64,000 nucleotides of DNA from positions 433,566,001 through 433,630,000 of the forward strand of contig OZ024740.1 in the NCBI GenBank assembly GCA_964016885.1, read 5' to 3'. Below are positions 1 to 14,188 of this stretch, piece after piece. A model generated the notes under the pieces. That model was not told where the DNA came from and ran no database searches. It saw only the letters and a list, made by a program, of their open reading frames with translations. The position numbers and the translations under genes were made by a program. The DNA comes from Eledone cirrhosa. Its lineage: Eukaryota. Every line of letters starts with the position of its first letter. Position 1 is the first letter of the stretch.

Positions 1-3000
1 AGTTTCTCTCATCTGTTTGGGGTGAAAGACCTAGTTTCTCTCATCTGTTTGGGATGAAAGTCCTAGTTTCTTTCATCTGTTTGGGGTGAAAGACCTAGTT
101 TCTTTCATCTGTTTGAGGTGAAAGACCTAGTTCCATCTGTTTGAAGTGAAAGACCTAGTTTCTCTCATCTGTTTGGAGTGAAAGACCTAGTTTCACTCAT
201 CTGTTTGAGGTGAAAGACTTAGTTTCTCTCATCTGTTTGGGGTGAAAGACGTAGTTTCTCTCATCTGTTTGGGGTGAAAGACCTAGTTTCTGTCATCTGT
301 TTGAGGTGAAAGGCCTAGTTTCTTTCATCTGTTTGAGGTGAAAGACGTAGTTTCTCTCATCTGTTTGGAGTGAAAGACCTAGTTTCACTCATCGGTTTGG
401 AGTGTAAGACCTAGTTTCACTCATCTGTTTGAGGTGAAAGACTTAGTTTCTCTCATCTGTTTGGGGTAAAAGACGTAGTTTCTCTCATCTGTTTGGGGTG
501 AAAGACCTAGATTCTGTCATCTGTTTGAGTTGAAAGGCCTAGTTTCTTTCATGTGTTTGAGGTGAAAGGCCTAGTTTCTCTCATCTGTTTGGGGTGAAAG
601 ACTTAGTTTCTCTCATCTGTTTGAGGTGAAAGGCCTAGTTTCTCTCATCTGTTTGGGGTGAAAGACTTAGTTTCTCTCATCTGTTTGAGGTGAAATACTT
701 ATTTTCATTCATCTGTTTGGGGTGAAAGACCCAGTTTCTCTCATCTGTTTGGCGTGAAAAACCTAGTTTCTCTCATCTGTTTGGGATGAAAGACCTAGTT
801 TCTGTCATCTGTTTGGGGTGAAAGACCTAGTTTCTTTCATCTGTTTGGGATGAAAGACCTAGTTTCTTTCATCTGTTTGGGGTAAAAGACCTAGTTTATC
901 TCATCTGTCTGGGGTGAAAGACCTAGTTAATCCTATCTGTTTGGGGTGAAAGACCTAGTTTCTTTCATCTGTTTGGGATGAAAGACTTAGTTTCTCTCAT
1001 CTGTTTGGGATGAAAGACCTAGTTTCTTTCATCTGTTTGAGGTGAAAGACCTAGTTTCTCTCATCTGTTTGGGGTGAAAGACCTACTTTCCCACATCTGT
1101 TCGGGGTGAAAGACCTAGTTTCTCTCATCTGTTTCAGGTGAAAGACCTAGTTTCTCTCATCTGTGTGGGGTGAAAGACCTAGTTTCTCTCATCTGTTTGG
1201 GGTGAAAGACCTAGTTTCTCTCATCTGTTTGGGATGAAAGACCTAGTTTCTTCCATCTGTTTGGGGTGAGAGACCTAGTTTCTCTCATCTGTTTGGGATG
1301 AGAGACCTAGTTTCTGTCATGTTTGGGGTGAAAGACCTAGTTTCATCTGTTTGAGGTGAAAGACCTAGTTTCTCTCATCTGTTTGGGGTGAAAGACCTAG
1401 TTTGTCTCATCTGTTTGGGGTGAAACACCTAGTTTATCTCATCCGTTTGGGGTGAAAGACCTAGTTTCTCCTATCTGTTTGGGGTGAAAGACCTAGTTTC
1501 TCTCATCTGTTTGGGGTGAAAGACCTAGTTTCTCTCATCTGTTTGGGGTGAAAGACCTAGTTTCTCTCATCTGTTTGGGATGAAAGTCCTAGTTTCTTTC
1601 ATCTGTTTGGGGTGAAAGACCTAGTTTCTTTCATCTGTTTGAGGTGAAAGACCTAGTTCCATCTGTTTGAAGTGAAAGACCTAGTTTCTCTCATCTGTTT
1701 GGAGTGAAAGACCTAGTTTCACTCATCTGTTTGAGGTGAAAGACTTAGTTTCTCTCATCTGTTTGGGGTGAAAGACGTAGTTTCTCTCATCTGTTTGGGG
1801 TGAAAGACCTAGTTTCTGTCATCTGTTTGAGGTGAAAGGCCTAGTTTCTTTCATCTGTTTGAGGTGAAAGACGTAGTTTCTCTCATCTGTTTGGAGTGAA
1901 AGACCTAGTTTCACTCATCGGTTTGGAGTGTAAGACCTAGTTTCACTCATCTGTTTGAGGTGAAAGACTTAGTTTCTCTCATCTGTTTGGGGTAAAAGAC
2001 GTAGTTTCTCTCATCTGTTTGGGGTGAAAGACCTAGATTCTGTCATCTGTTTGAGTTGAAAGGCCTAGTTTCTTTCATGTGTTTGAGGTGAAAGGCCTAG
2101 TTTCTCTCATCTGTTTGGGGTGAAAGACTTAGTTTCTCTCATCTGTTTGAGGTGAAAGGCCTAGTTTCTCTCATCTGTTTGGGGTGAAAGACTTAGTTTC
2201 TCTCATCTGTTTGAGGTGAAATACTTATTTTCATTCATCTGTTTGGGGTGAAAGACCCAGTTTCTCTCATCTGTTTGGCGTGAAAAACCTAGTTTCTCTC
2301 ATCTGTTTGGGATGAAAGACCTAGTTTCTGTCATCTGTTTGGGGTGAAAGACCTAGTTTCTTTCATCTGTTTGGGATGAAAGACCTAGTTTCTTTCATCT
2401 GTTTGGGGTGAAAGACCTACTTTCTCTCATCTGTTTGGGGTGAAAGACCTACTTTCTCTCATCTGTTTGGGGTGAAAGACCTAGTTTCTTTCATCTGTTT
2501 GGGGTGAAAGATCTAGTTTCTTTCATCTGTTTGGGGTGAAAGACCTAGTTTCTTTCATCTGTTAGGGGTGAAAGACCTAGTTTCTTTCATCTGTTTGGGA
2601 TGAAAGACCTAGTTTCTTTCATCTGTTTGGCGTGAAAGACCTAGTTTCTTTCATCTGTTTGGGGTGAAAGACCTAGTTTCTTTCATCTGTTTGGGGAGAA
2701 AGACCTAGTTTCTTTCATCTGTTTGGGGTGAAAGACCTAGTTTCTCTCATCTGTTAGGGGTGAAAGACCTAGTTTCTTTCATCTGTTTGGGATGAAAGAC
2801 CTAGTTTCTTTCATCTGTTTGGGGTGAAAGACCTAGTTTCTTTCATCTGTTTGGGGTGAAAGACCTAGTTTCTTTCATCTGTTTGGGATGAAAGACCTAG
2901 TTTCTTTCATCTGGTTGGGATGAAAGACCTAGTTTCTCTCATCTGTTTGGGGTGAAAGACCTAGTTTCTTTCATCTGTTTGGGATGAAAGACCTAGTTTC

Positions 3001-6000
3001 TTTCATCTGTTTGGGATGAAAGACCTAGTTTCTTTCATCTGTTTGGGGTGAAAGACCTAGTTTCTTTCATCTGTTTGGGGTGAAAGACCTAGTTTTTATC
3101 CTGTTTGGGATGAAAGACCTAGTTTCTTTCATCTGTTTGGGATGAAAGACCTAGTTTCTTTCATCTGTTTGGGATGAAAGACCTAGTTTCTTTCATCTGT
3201 TTGGGGTGAAAGACCTAGTTTCTTTCATCTGTTTGGGGTGAAAGACCTAGTTTCTTTCATCTGTTTGGGGTGAAAGACCTAGTTTCTCTCATCTCTTTGG
3301 GGTGAAAGACCTAGTTTCTCTCATCTGTTTGGGATGAAAGACCTAGTTTCTCTCATCTGTCTGGGGTAAAAGTCCTAGTTTCTCTCATCTGTTTGGGATG
3401 AAAGACCTAGTGTCTCTCATCTGTTTGGGGTAAAAGTCCTAGTTTCAATCATCTGTTTGGGATGAAAGACCTTGTTTCTCTCGTCGGGTTGGGGTGAAAG
3501 ACCTAGTTTCTCTCATTTGTTTGAGGTAAAGACCTAGTTTCTCTCATCTGTTTGGGGTAAAAGACCTAGTTTATCTCATCTGTTTGGGGTGAAAGACCTA
3601 GTTTCTTTCATCTGTTTGGGATGAAAGACTTAGTTTCTCTCATCTGTTTGGGATGAAAGACCTAGTTTCTCTCATCTGTTTCAGGTGAAAGACCTAGTTT
3701 CTCTCATCTATGTGGGGTGAAAGACCTAGTTTCTCTCATCTGTTTGGGGTGAAAGACCTAGTTTCTCTCATCTGTTTGGGATGAAAGGCCTAGTTTCTTC
3801 CATCTGTTTGGGGTGAAAGACCTAGTTTCTCTCATCTGTTTGGGATGAGAGACCTAGTTTCTGTCAGGTTTGGGGTGAAAGACCTAGTTTCTTTCCTCTG
3901 TTTGAGGTGAAAGACCTAGTTTCATCTGTTTGAGGTGAAAGACCTAGTTTCTCTCATCTGTTTGGGGTGAAAGACCTAGTTTGTCTCATCTGTTTGGGGT
4001 GAAACACCTAGTTTATCTCATCCGTTTGGGGTGAAAGACCTAGTTTCTCCTATCTGTTTGGGGTGAAAGACCTAGTTTCTCTCATCTGTTTGGGATGAAA
4101 GTCCTAGTTTCTCTCATCTGTTTGGGATGAAAGTCCTAGTTTCTTTCATCTGTTTGGGGTGAAAGACCTAGTTTCTTTCATCTGTTTGAGGTGAAAGACC
4201 TAGTTCCATCTGTTTGAAGTGAAAGACCTAGTTTCTCTCATCTGTTTGGAGTGAAAGACCTAGTTTCACTCATTTGTTTGAGGTGAAAGACTTAGTTTCT
4301 CTCATCTGTTTGGGGTGAAAGACGTAGTTTCTCTCATCTGTTTGGGGTGAAAGACCTAGTTTCTGTCATCTGTTTGAGGTGAAAGGCCTAGTTTCTTTCA
4401 TCTGTTTGAGGTGAAAGACGTAGTTTCTCTCATCTGTTTGGAGTGAAAGACCTAGTTTCACTCATCTGTTTGGAGTGTAAGACCTAGTTTCACTCATCTG
4501 TTTGAGGTGAAAGACTTAGTTTCTCTCATCTGTTTGGGGTGAAAGACGTAGTTTCTCTCATCTGTTTGGGGTGAAAGACCTAGATTCTGTCATCTGTTTG
4601 AGGTGAAAGGCCTAGTTTCTTTCATGTGTTTGAGGTGAAAGGCCTAGTTTCTCTCATCTGTTTGGGGTGAAAGACTTAGTTTCTCTCATCTGTTTGAGGT
4701 GAAATACTTATTTTCTTTTATCTGTTTGGGGTGAAAGACCCAGTTTCTCTCATCTGTTTGGAGTGAAAGACCTAGTTCCTCTCATCTGTTTGGCGTGAAA
4801 AACCTAGTTTCTCTCATCTGTTTGAGGTGAAAGACCTAGTTTCTCTCATCTGTTTGGGATGAAAGACCTAGTTTCTTTCATCTGTTTTGGGTGAAAGACC
4901 TAGTTTCTTTCATCTGTTTGGGATGAAAGACCTAGTTTCTTTCATCTGTTTGGGGTGAAAGACCTAGTTTCTTTCATCTGTTTGGGGTGAAAGACCTAGT
5001 TTCTTTCATCTGTTTGGGGTGAAAGACCTAGTTTCTTTCATCTGTTTGGGGTGAAAGACCTAGTTTCTTTCATCTGTTTGGGGTGAAAGACCTAGTTTCT
5101 CTCATCTGTTAGGGGTGAAAGACCTAGTTTCTTTCATCTGTTTGGGATGAAAGACCTAGTTTCTTTCATCTGTTTGGGGTGAAAGACCTAGTTTCTTTCA
5201 TCTGTTTGGGGTGAAAGACCTAGTTTCTTTCATCTGTTTGGGGTGAAAGACCTAGTTTCTTTCATCTGTTTGGGATGAAAGACCTAGTTTCTTTCATCTG
5301 GTTGGGATGAAAGACCTAGTTTCTCTCATCTGTTTGGGGTGAAAGACCTAGTTTCTTTCATCTGTTTGGGATGAAAGACCTAGTTTCTTTCATCTGTTTG
5401 GGATGAAAGACCTAGTTTCTTTCATCTGTTTGGGGTGAAAGACCTAGTTTCTTTCATCTGTTTGGGGTGAAAGACCTAGTTTCTATCATCTGTTTGGGAT
5501 GAAAGACCTAGTTTCTTTCATCTGTTTGGGATGAAAGACCTAGTTTCTTTCATCTGTTTGGGATGAAAGACCTAGTTTCTTTCATCTGTTTGGGGTGAAA
5601 GACCTAGTTTCTTTCATCTGTTTGGGGTGAAAGACCTAGTTTCTTTCATCTGTTTGGGATGAAAGACCTAGTTTCTTTCATCTGTTTGGGGTGAAAGACC
5701 TAGTTTCTTTCATCTGTTTGGGATGAAAGACCTAGTTTCTTTCATCTGTTTGGGGTGAAAGACCTAGTTTCTTTCATCTGTTTGGGATGAAAGACCTAGT
5801 TTCTTTCATCTGTTTGGGATGAAAGACCTAGTTTCTTTCATCTGTTTGGGATGAAAGACCAAGTTTCTTTCATCTGTTTGGGATGAAAGACCAAGTTTCT
5901 TTCATCTGTTTGGGGTGAAAGACCTAGTTTCTTTCATCTGTTTGGGATGAAAGACCTAGTTTCTTTCATCTGTTTGGGATGAAAGACCTAGTTTCTTTCA

Positions 6001-9000
6001 TCTGTTTGGGATGAAAGACCTAGTTTCTTTCATCTGTTTGGGGTGAAAGACCTAGTTTCTTTCATCTGTTTGGGATGAAAGACCTATTTTCTCTCATCTG
6101 TTTGGGATGAAAGACCTAGTTTCTCTCATCTGTTTGGGGTGAAAGACCTAGTTTCTTTCATCTGTTTGGGATGAAAGACCCAGTTTCTTTCATCTGTTTG
6201 GGGTGAAAGACCTAGTTTCTTTCATCTATTTGGGGTGAAAGACCTAGTTTCTCTCATCTGTTTGGGATGAAAGACCTAGTTTCTTTCATCTGTTTGGGGT
6301 GAAAGACCTAGTTTCTTTCATCTGTTTGGGGTGAAAGACCTAGATTCTGTCATCTGTTTGAGGTGAAAGGCCTAGTTTCTTTCATGTGTTTGAGGTGAAA
6401 GGCCTAGTTTCTCTCATCTGTTTGGGGTGAAAGACCTAGTTTCATCTGTTTGAGGTGAAAGACCTAGTTTCTCTCATCTGTTTGGGGTGAAAAACCTAGT
6501 TTCTCTCATCTGTTTGGGGTGAAAGACCTAGTTTCTTTCATCTGTTTGGGATGAAAGACCTAGTTTCTTTCATCTGTTTGGGATGAAAGACCAAGTTTCT
6601 TTCATCTGTTTGGGGTGAAAGACCTAGTTTCTTTCATCTGTTTGGGATGAAAGACCTAGTTTCTCTCATCTGTTTGGGGTGAAAGACCTAGTTTCTTTCA
6701 TCTGTTTGGGGTGAAAGACCTAGTTTCTTTCATCTGTTTGGGGTGAAAGACCTAGTTTCTTTCATCTGTTTGGGGTGAAAGACCTAGTTTCTTTCATCTG
6801 TTAGGGGTGAAAGACCTAGTTTCTTTCATCTGTTTGGGATGAAAGACCTAGTTTCTTTCATCTGTTTGGCGTGAAAGACCTAGTTTCTTTCATCTGTTTG
6901 GGGTGAAAGACCTAGTTTCTTTCATCTGTTTGGGGTGAAAGACCTAGTTTCTTTCATCTGTTTGGGGTGAAAGACCTAGTTTCTCTCATCTGTTAGGGGT
7001 GAAAGACCTAGTTTCTTTCATCTGTTTGGGATGAAAGACCTAGTTTCTTTCATCTGTTTGGGGTGAAAGACCTAGTTTCTTTCATCTGTTTGGGGTGAAA
7101 GACCTAGTTTCTTCCATCTGTTTGGGGTGAAAGACCAAGTTTCTGTCATGTTTGGGGTGAAAGACCTAGTTTCTTTCCTCTGTTTGAGGTGAAAGACCTA
7201 GTTTCTCTCATCTGTTTGGGGTGAAAGACCTACTTTCTCACATCTGTTCGGGGTGAAAGACCTAGTTTCTCTCATCTGTTTCAGGTGAAAGACCTAGTTT
7301 CTCTCATCTGTGAGGGGTGAAAGACCTAGTTTCTCTCATCTGTTTGGGGTGAAAGACCTAGTTTCTCTCATCTGTTTGGGGTAAAAGACCTAGTTTATCT
7401 CATCTGTTTGGGGTGAAAGACCTAGTTTCTTTCATCTGGTTGGGATGAAAGACTTAGTTTCTCTCATCTGTTTGGGATGAAAGACCTAGTTTCTCTCATC
7501 TGTTTCAGGTGAAAGACCTAGTTTCTCTCATCTGTGTGGGGTGAAAGACCTAGTTTCTCTCATCTGTTTGGGATGAAAGGCCTAGTTTCTTCCATCTGTT
7601 TGGGGTGAAAGACCTAGTTTCTCTCATCTGTTTGGGATGAGAGACCTAGTTTCTGTCATGTTTGGGGTGAAAGACCTAGTTTCTTTCCTCTGTTTGAGGT
7701 GAAAGACCTAGTTTCATCTGTTTGAGGTGAAAGACCTAGTTTCTCTCATCTGTTTGGGGTGAAAGACCTAGTTTGTCTCATCTGTTTGGGGTGAAACACC
7801 TAGTTTATCTCATCCGTTTGGGGTGAAAGACCTAGTTTCTTTCATCTGTTTGGGATGAAAGACCTAGTTTCTTTCATCTGTTTGGCGTGAAAGACCTAGT
7901 TTCTTTCATCTGTTTGGGGTGAAAGACCTAGTTTCTTTCATCTGTTTGGGGTGAAAGACCTAGTTTCTTTCATCTGTTTGGGGTGAAAGACCTAGTTTCT
8001 CTCATCTGTTAGGGGTGAAAGACCTAGTTTCTTTCATCTGTTTGGGATGAAAGACCTAGTTTCTTTCATCTGTTTGGGGTGAAAGACCTAGTTTCTTTCA
8101 TCTGTTTGGGGTGAAAGACCTAGTTTCTTCCATCTGTTTGGGGTGAAAGACCTAGTTTCTCTCATCTGTTTCAGGTGAAAGACCTAGTTTCTCTCATCTG
8201 TGTGGGGTGAAAGACCTAGTTTCTTTCATCTGTTTGGGGTGAAAGACCTAGTTTCTTCCATCTGTTTGGGGTGAAAGACCTAGTTTCTCTCATCTGTTTG
8301 GGATGAGAGACCTAGTTTCTGTCATGTTTGGGGTGAAAGACCTAGTTTCTTTCCTCTGTTTGAGGTGAAAGACCTAGTTTCTCTCATCTGTTTGGGGTGA
8401 AAGACCTACTTTCTCACATCTGTTCGGGGTGAAAGACCTAGTTTCTCACATCTGTTCGGGGTGAAAGACCTAGTTTCTCTCATCTGTTTGGGGTAAAAGA
8501 CCTACTTTCTCACATCTGTTCGGGGTGAAAGACCTAGTTTCTCTCATCTGTTTCAGGTGAAAGACCTAGTTTCTCTCATCTGTTTGGGGTAAAAGACCTA
8601 CTTTCTCACATCTGTTTGGGGTGAAAGACCTAGTTTCTCTCATCTGTTTCAGGTGAAAGACCTAGTTTCTCTCATCTGTTTGGGGTGAAAGACCTAGTTT
8701 CTCTCATCTGTTTGGGGTAAAAGACCTAGTTTATCTCATCTGTTTGGGGTGAAAGACCTAGTTTCTTTCATCTGGTTGGGATGAAAGACTTAGTTTCTCT
8801 CATCTGTTTGGGGTGAAAGACCTAGTTTCTCTCATCTGTTTGGGGTGAAAGACCTAGTTTCTCTCATCTGTTTGGGGTGAAAGACCTAGTTTCTCTCATC
8901 TGTTTGGGGTAAAAGACCTAGTTTATCTCATCTGTTTGGGGTGAAAGACCTAGTTTCTTTCATCTGGTTGGGATGAAAGACTTAGTTTCTCTCATCTGTT

Positions 9001-12000
9001 TGGGATGAAAGACCTAGTTTCTCTCATCTGTTTCAGGTGAAAGACCTAGTTTCTCTCATCTGTGTGGGGTGAAAGACCTAGTTTCTCTCATCTGTTTGGG
9101 GTGAAAGACCTAGTTTCTCTCATCTGTTTGGGATGAAAGACCTAGTTTCTTCCATCTGTTTGGGGTGAAAGACCTAGTTTCTCTCATCTGTTTGGGATGA
9201 GAGACCTAGTTTCTGTCATGTTTGGGGTGAAAGACCTAGTTTCTTTCCTCTGTTTGAGGTGAAAGACCTAGTTTCATCTGTTTGAGGTGAAAGACCTAGT
9301 TTCTCTCATCTGTTTGGGGTGAAAGACCTAGTTTGTCTCATCTGTTTGGGGTGAAACACCTAGTTTATCTCATCCGTTTGGGGTGAAAGACCTAGTTTCT
9401 CCTATCTGTTTGGGGTGAAAGACCTAGTTTCTCTCATCTGTTTGGGGTGAAAGACCTAGTTTCTCTCATCTGTTTGGGGTGAAAGACCTAGTTTCTCTCA
9501 TCTGTTTGGGATGAAAGTCCTAGTTTCTTTCATCTGTTTGGGGTGAAAGACCTAGTTTCTTTCATCTGTTTGAGGTGAAAGACCTAGTTCCATCTGTTTG
9601 AAGTGAAAGACCTAGTTTCTCTCATCTGTTTGGAGTGAAAGACCTAGTTTCACTCATTTGTTTGAGGTGAAAGACTTAGTTTCTCTCATCTGTTTGGGGT
9701 GAAAGACGTAGTTTCTCTCATCTGTTTGGGGTGAAAGACCTAGTTTCTGTCATCTGTTTGAGGTGAAAGGCCTAGTTTCTTTCATCTGTTTGAGGTGAAA
9801 GACGTAGTTTCTCTCATCTGTTTGGAGTGAAAGACCTAGTTTCACTCATCTGTTTGGAGTGTAAGACCTAGTTTCACTCATCTGTTTGAGGTGAAAGACT
9901 TAGTTTCTCTCATCTGTTTGGGGTGAAAGACGTAGTTTCTCTCATTTGTTTGGGGTGAAAGACCTAGATTCTGTCATCTGTTTGAGGTGAAAGGCCTAGT
10001 TTCTTTCATGTGTTTGAGGTGAAAGGCCTAGTTTCTCTCATCTGTTTGGGGTGAAAGACTTATTTTCTTTTATCTGTTTGGGGTGAAAGACCCAGTTTCT
10101 CTCATCTGTTTGGAGTGAAAGACCTAGTTCCTCTCATCTGTTTGGCGTGAAAAACCTAGTTTCTCTCATCTGTTTGAGGTGAAAGACCTAGTTTCTCTCA
10201 TCTGTTTGGGATGAAAGACCTAGTTTCTTTCATCTGTTTTGGGTGAAAGACCTAGTTTCTTTCATCTGTTTGGGATGAAAGACCTAGTTTCTTTCATCTG
10301 TTTGGGGTGAAAGACCTAGTTTCTTTCATCTGTTTGGGGTGAAAGACCTAGTTTCTTTCATCTGTTTGGGGTGAAAGACCTAGTTTCTTTCATCTGTTTG
10401 GGGTGAAAGACCTAGTTTCTTTCATCTGTTTGGGGTGAAAGACCTAGTTTCTTTCATCTGTTTGGGGTGAAAGACCTAGTTTCTCTCATCTGTTAGGGGT
10501 GAAAGACCTAGTTTCTTTCATCTGTTTGGGATGAAAGACCTAGTTTCTTTCATCTGTTTGGGGTGAAAGACCTAGTTTCTTTCATCTGTTTGGGGTGAAA
10601 GACCTAGTTTCTTTCATCTGTTTGGGGTGAAAGACCTAGTTTCTTTCATCTGTTTGGGATGAAAGACCTAGTTTCTTTCATCTGGTTGGGATGAAAGACC
10701 TAGTTTCTCTCATCTGTTTGGGGTGAAAGACCTAGTTTCTTTCATCTGTTTGGGATGAAAGACCTAGTTTCTTTCATCTGTTTGGGATGAAAGACCTAGT
10801 TTCTTTCATCTGTTTGGGGTGAAAGACCTAGTTTCTTTCATCTGTTTGGGGTGAAAGACCTAGTTTCTATCATCTGTTTGGGATGAAAGACCTAGTTTCT
10901 TTCATCTGTTTGGGATGAAAGACCTAGTTTCTTTCATCTGTTTGGGATGAAAGACCTAGTTTCTTTCATCTGTTTGGGGTGAAAGACCTAGTTTCTTTCA
11001 TCTGTTTGGGGTGAAAGACCTAGTTTCTTTCATCTGTTTGGGATGAAAGACCTAGTTTCTTTCATCTGTTTGGGATGAAAGACCTAGTTTCTTTCATCTG
11101 TTTGGGGTGAAAGACCTAGTTTCTTTCATCTGTTTGGGATGAAAGACCTAGTTTCTTTCATCTGTTTGGGTGAAAGACCTAGTTTCTTTCATCTGTTTGG
11201 GATGAAAGACCTAGTTTCTTTCATCTGTTTGGGATGAAAGACCTAGTTTCTTTCATCTGTTTGGGATGAAAGACCAAGTTTCTTTCATCTGTTTGGGATG
11301 AAAGACCAAGTTTCTTTCATCTGTTTGGGGTGAAAGACCTAGTTTCTTTCATCTGTTTGGGATGAAAGACCTAGTTTCTTTCATCTGTTTGGGATGAAAG
11401 ACCTAGTTTCTTTCATCTGTTTGGGATGAAAGACCTAGTTTCTTTCATCTGTTTGGGGTGAAAGACCTAGTTTCTTTCATCTGTTTGGGATGAAAGACCT
11501 ATTTTCTCTCATCTGTTTGGGATGAAAGACCTAGTTTCTCTCATCTGTTTGGGGTGAAAGACCTAGTTTCTTTCATCTGTTTGGGATGAAAGACCTAGTT
11601 TCTTTCATCTGTTTGGGGTGAAAGACCTAGTTTCTTTCATCTATTTGGGGTGAAAGACCTAGTTTCTCTCATCTGTTTGGGATGAAAGACCTAGTTTCTT
11701 TCATCTGTTTGGGGTGAAAGACCTAGTTTCTTTCATCTGTTTGGGGTGAAAGACCTAGATTCTGTCATCTGTTTGAGGTGAAAGGCCTAGTTTCTTTCAT
11801 GTGTTTGAGGTGAAAGGCCTAGTTTCTCTCATCTGTTTGGGGTGAAAGACTTAGTTTCTCTCATCTGTTTGAGGTGAAATACTTATTTTCATTCATCTGT
11901 TTGGGGTGAAAGACCCAGTTTCTCTCATCTGTTTGGCGTGAAAAACCTAGTTTCTCTCATCTGTTTGGGATGAAAGACCTAGTTTCTTTCATCTGTTTGG

Positions 12001-13909
12001 GGTGAAAGACCTAGTTTCTTTCATCTGTTTGGGATGAAAGACCTAGTTTCTTTCATCTGTTTGGGTGAAAGACCTACTTTCTCTCATCTGTTTGGGGTGA
12101 AAGACCTACTTTCTCTCATCTGTTTGGGGTGAAAGACCTAGTTTCTTTCATCTGTTTGGGGTGAAAGACCTAGTTTCTTTCATCTGTTTGGGGTGAAAGA
12201 CCTAGTTTCTCTCATCTGTTAGGGGTGAAAGACCTAGTTTCTTTCATCTGTTTGGGATGAAAGACCTAGTTTCTTTCATCTGTTTGGGGTGAAAGACCTA
12301 GTTTCTTTCATCTGTTTGGGGTGAAAGACCTAGTTTCTTTCATCTGTTTGGGATGAAAGACCTAGTTTCTTTCATCTATTTGGGGTGAAAGACCTAGTTT
12401 CTCTCATCTGTTTGGGATGAAAGACCTAGTTTCTTTCATCTGTTTGGGATGAAAGACCTAGTTTCTTTCATCTGTTTGGGGTGAAAGACCTAGTTTCTTT
12501 CATCTGTTTGGGATGAAAGACCTAGTTTCTTTCATCTGTTTGGGGTGAAAGACCTAGTTTCTTTCATCTGTTTGGGATGAAAGACCTAGTTTCTTTCATC
12601 TGTTTGGGATGAAAGACCTAGTTTCTTTCATCTGTTTGGGATGAAAGACCAAGTTTCTTTCATCTGTTTGGGGTGAAAGACCTAGTTTCTTTCATCTGTT
12701 TGGGATGAAAGACCTAGTTTCTCTCATCTGTTTGGGGTGAAAGACCTAGTTTCTTTCATCTGTTTGGGATGAAAGACCTAGTTTCTTTCATCTGTTTGGG
12801 ATGAAAGACCTAGTTTCTTTCATCTGTTTGGGATGAAAGACCTAGTTTCTTTCATCTGTTTGGGATGAAAGACCTATTTTCTCTCATCTGTTTGGGATGA
12901 AAGACCTAGTTTCTCTCATCTGTTTGGGGTGAAAGACCTAGTTTCTTTCATCTGTTTGGGATGAAAGACCTAGTTTCTTTCATCTGTTTGGGGTGAAAGA
13001 CCTAGTTTCTTTCATCTGTTTGGGGTGAAAGACCTAGTTTCTCTCATCTGTTTGGGATGAAAGACCTAGTTTCTTTCATCTGTTTGGGGTGAAAGCCCTA
13101 GTTTCTTTCATCTGTTTGGGGTGAAAGACCTAGTTTCTTTGATCTGTTTGGGGTGAAAGACCTAGTTTCTTTCATCTGTTTGGGATGAAAGACCTATTTT
13201 CTCTCATCTGTTTGGGATGAAAGACCTAGTTTCTCTCATCTGTTTGGGGTGAAAGACCTAGTTTCTTTCATGTGTTTGGGATGAAAGACCTAGTTTCTTT
13301 CATCTGTTTGGGGTGAAAGACCTAGTTTCTTTCATCTGTTTGGGGTGAAAGACCTAGTTTCTCTCATCTGTTTGGGATGAAAGACCTAGTTTCTTTCATC
13401 TGTTTGGGGTGAAAGCCCTAGTTTCTTTCATCTGTTTGGGTTGAAAGACCTAGTTTCTTTCATCTGTTTGGGATGAAAGACCTAGTTTCTTTCATCTGTT
13501 TGGGGTGAAAGACCTAGTTTCTTTCATCTGTTTGGGATGAAAGACCTAGTTTCTTTCATCTGTTTGGGGTGAAAGACCTAGTTTCTTTCATCTGTTTGGG
13601 ATGAAAGACCTAGTTTCTTTCATCTGTTTGGGATGAAAGACCTAGTTTATTTCATCTGTTTGGGGTGAAAGACCTAGTCTCTTTCATCTGTTTGGGGTGA
13701 AAGACCTAGTCTCTTTCATCTGTTTGGGGTGAAAGACCTAGTTTCTTTCATCTGTTTGGCGTGAAAGACCTAGTTTCTTTCATCTGTTTGGGGTGAAAGA
13801 CCTAGTTTCTCTCATCTGTTTGGGGTGAAAGACCTAGTTTCTTTCATCTGTTTGGGGTGAAAGACCTAGTTTCTTTCATCTGTTTGGGGTGAAAGACCTA
13901 GTCTCATCT
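1..13909. repeat. 32-bp satellite, consensus AGTTTCT(T/C)TCATCTGTTTGGG(G/A)TGAAAGACCT, about 430 copies, continuing past the left edge of the window
   Basis: The 32-nt period can be read directly (e.g. TCTGTTTG at 5041 and 5073). Recurring variant monomers show higher-order duplication. Confidence 0.98.
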
Positions 13910-14012
13910 ATGTTCTAAAATATTCAGTCATTCCTCAAAACAGATTTAATTTAGATTTTTAAAAAAAAGAGGAAAAAGTAATCTAACAAACTTCTATTAT
14001 TTCATAAATTGT

Positions 14013-14150
14013 CTGCACCTCTTTATGTTCTGAGTTCAAATCTAGCCAAGGTTAACTTTCCCTTTCATCCTTACGGGGTCAATAAAATAAAGTACCAGTA
14101 ATGTTCTGAGATAATTACTGGCCTTGTGCCAAAAGTAAAAACAATTATTT
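14013..14150 (+). mobile_element. 5'-truncated tRNA-derived SINE (family A)
   Basis: B-box-like GAGTTCAAATC, followed by GGTTAACTTT..CTTTCATCC..ATAAAATAAAGTACCAGTAAT..TGGCCTTGTGCCAAAAGTA. Matches the copies at 60947, 61491 and 63800. Confidence 0.8.
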
Positions 14151-14188
14151 AATAAATTGAAATTGTGCTTTTTATTCCCTGAACTTAC

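Noticed and set aside
1-13909. CRISPR array (32-bp palindromic repeat containing GAAAG)
   Set aside because: Monomers are head to tail with no unique spacers, there are no cas genes, and the context is eukaryotic.
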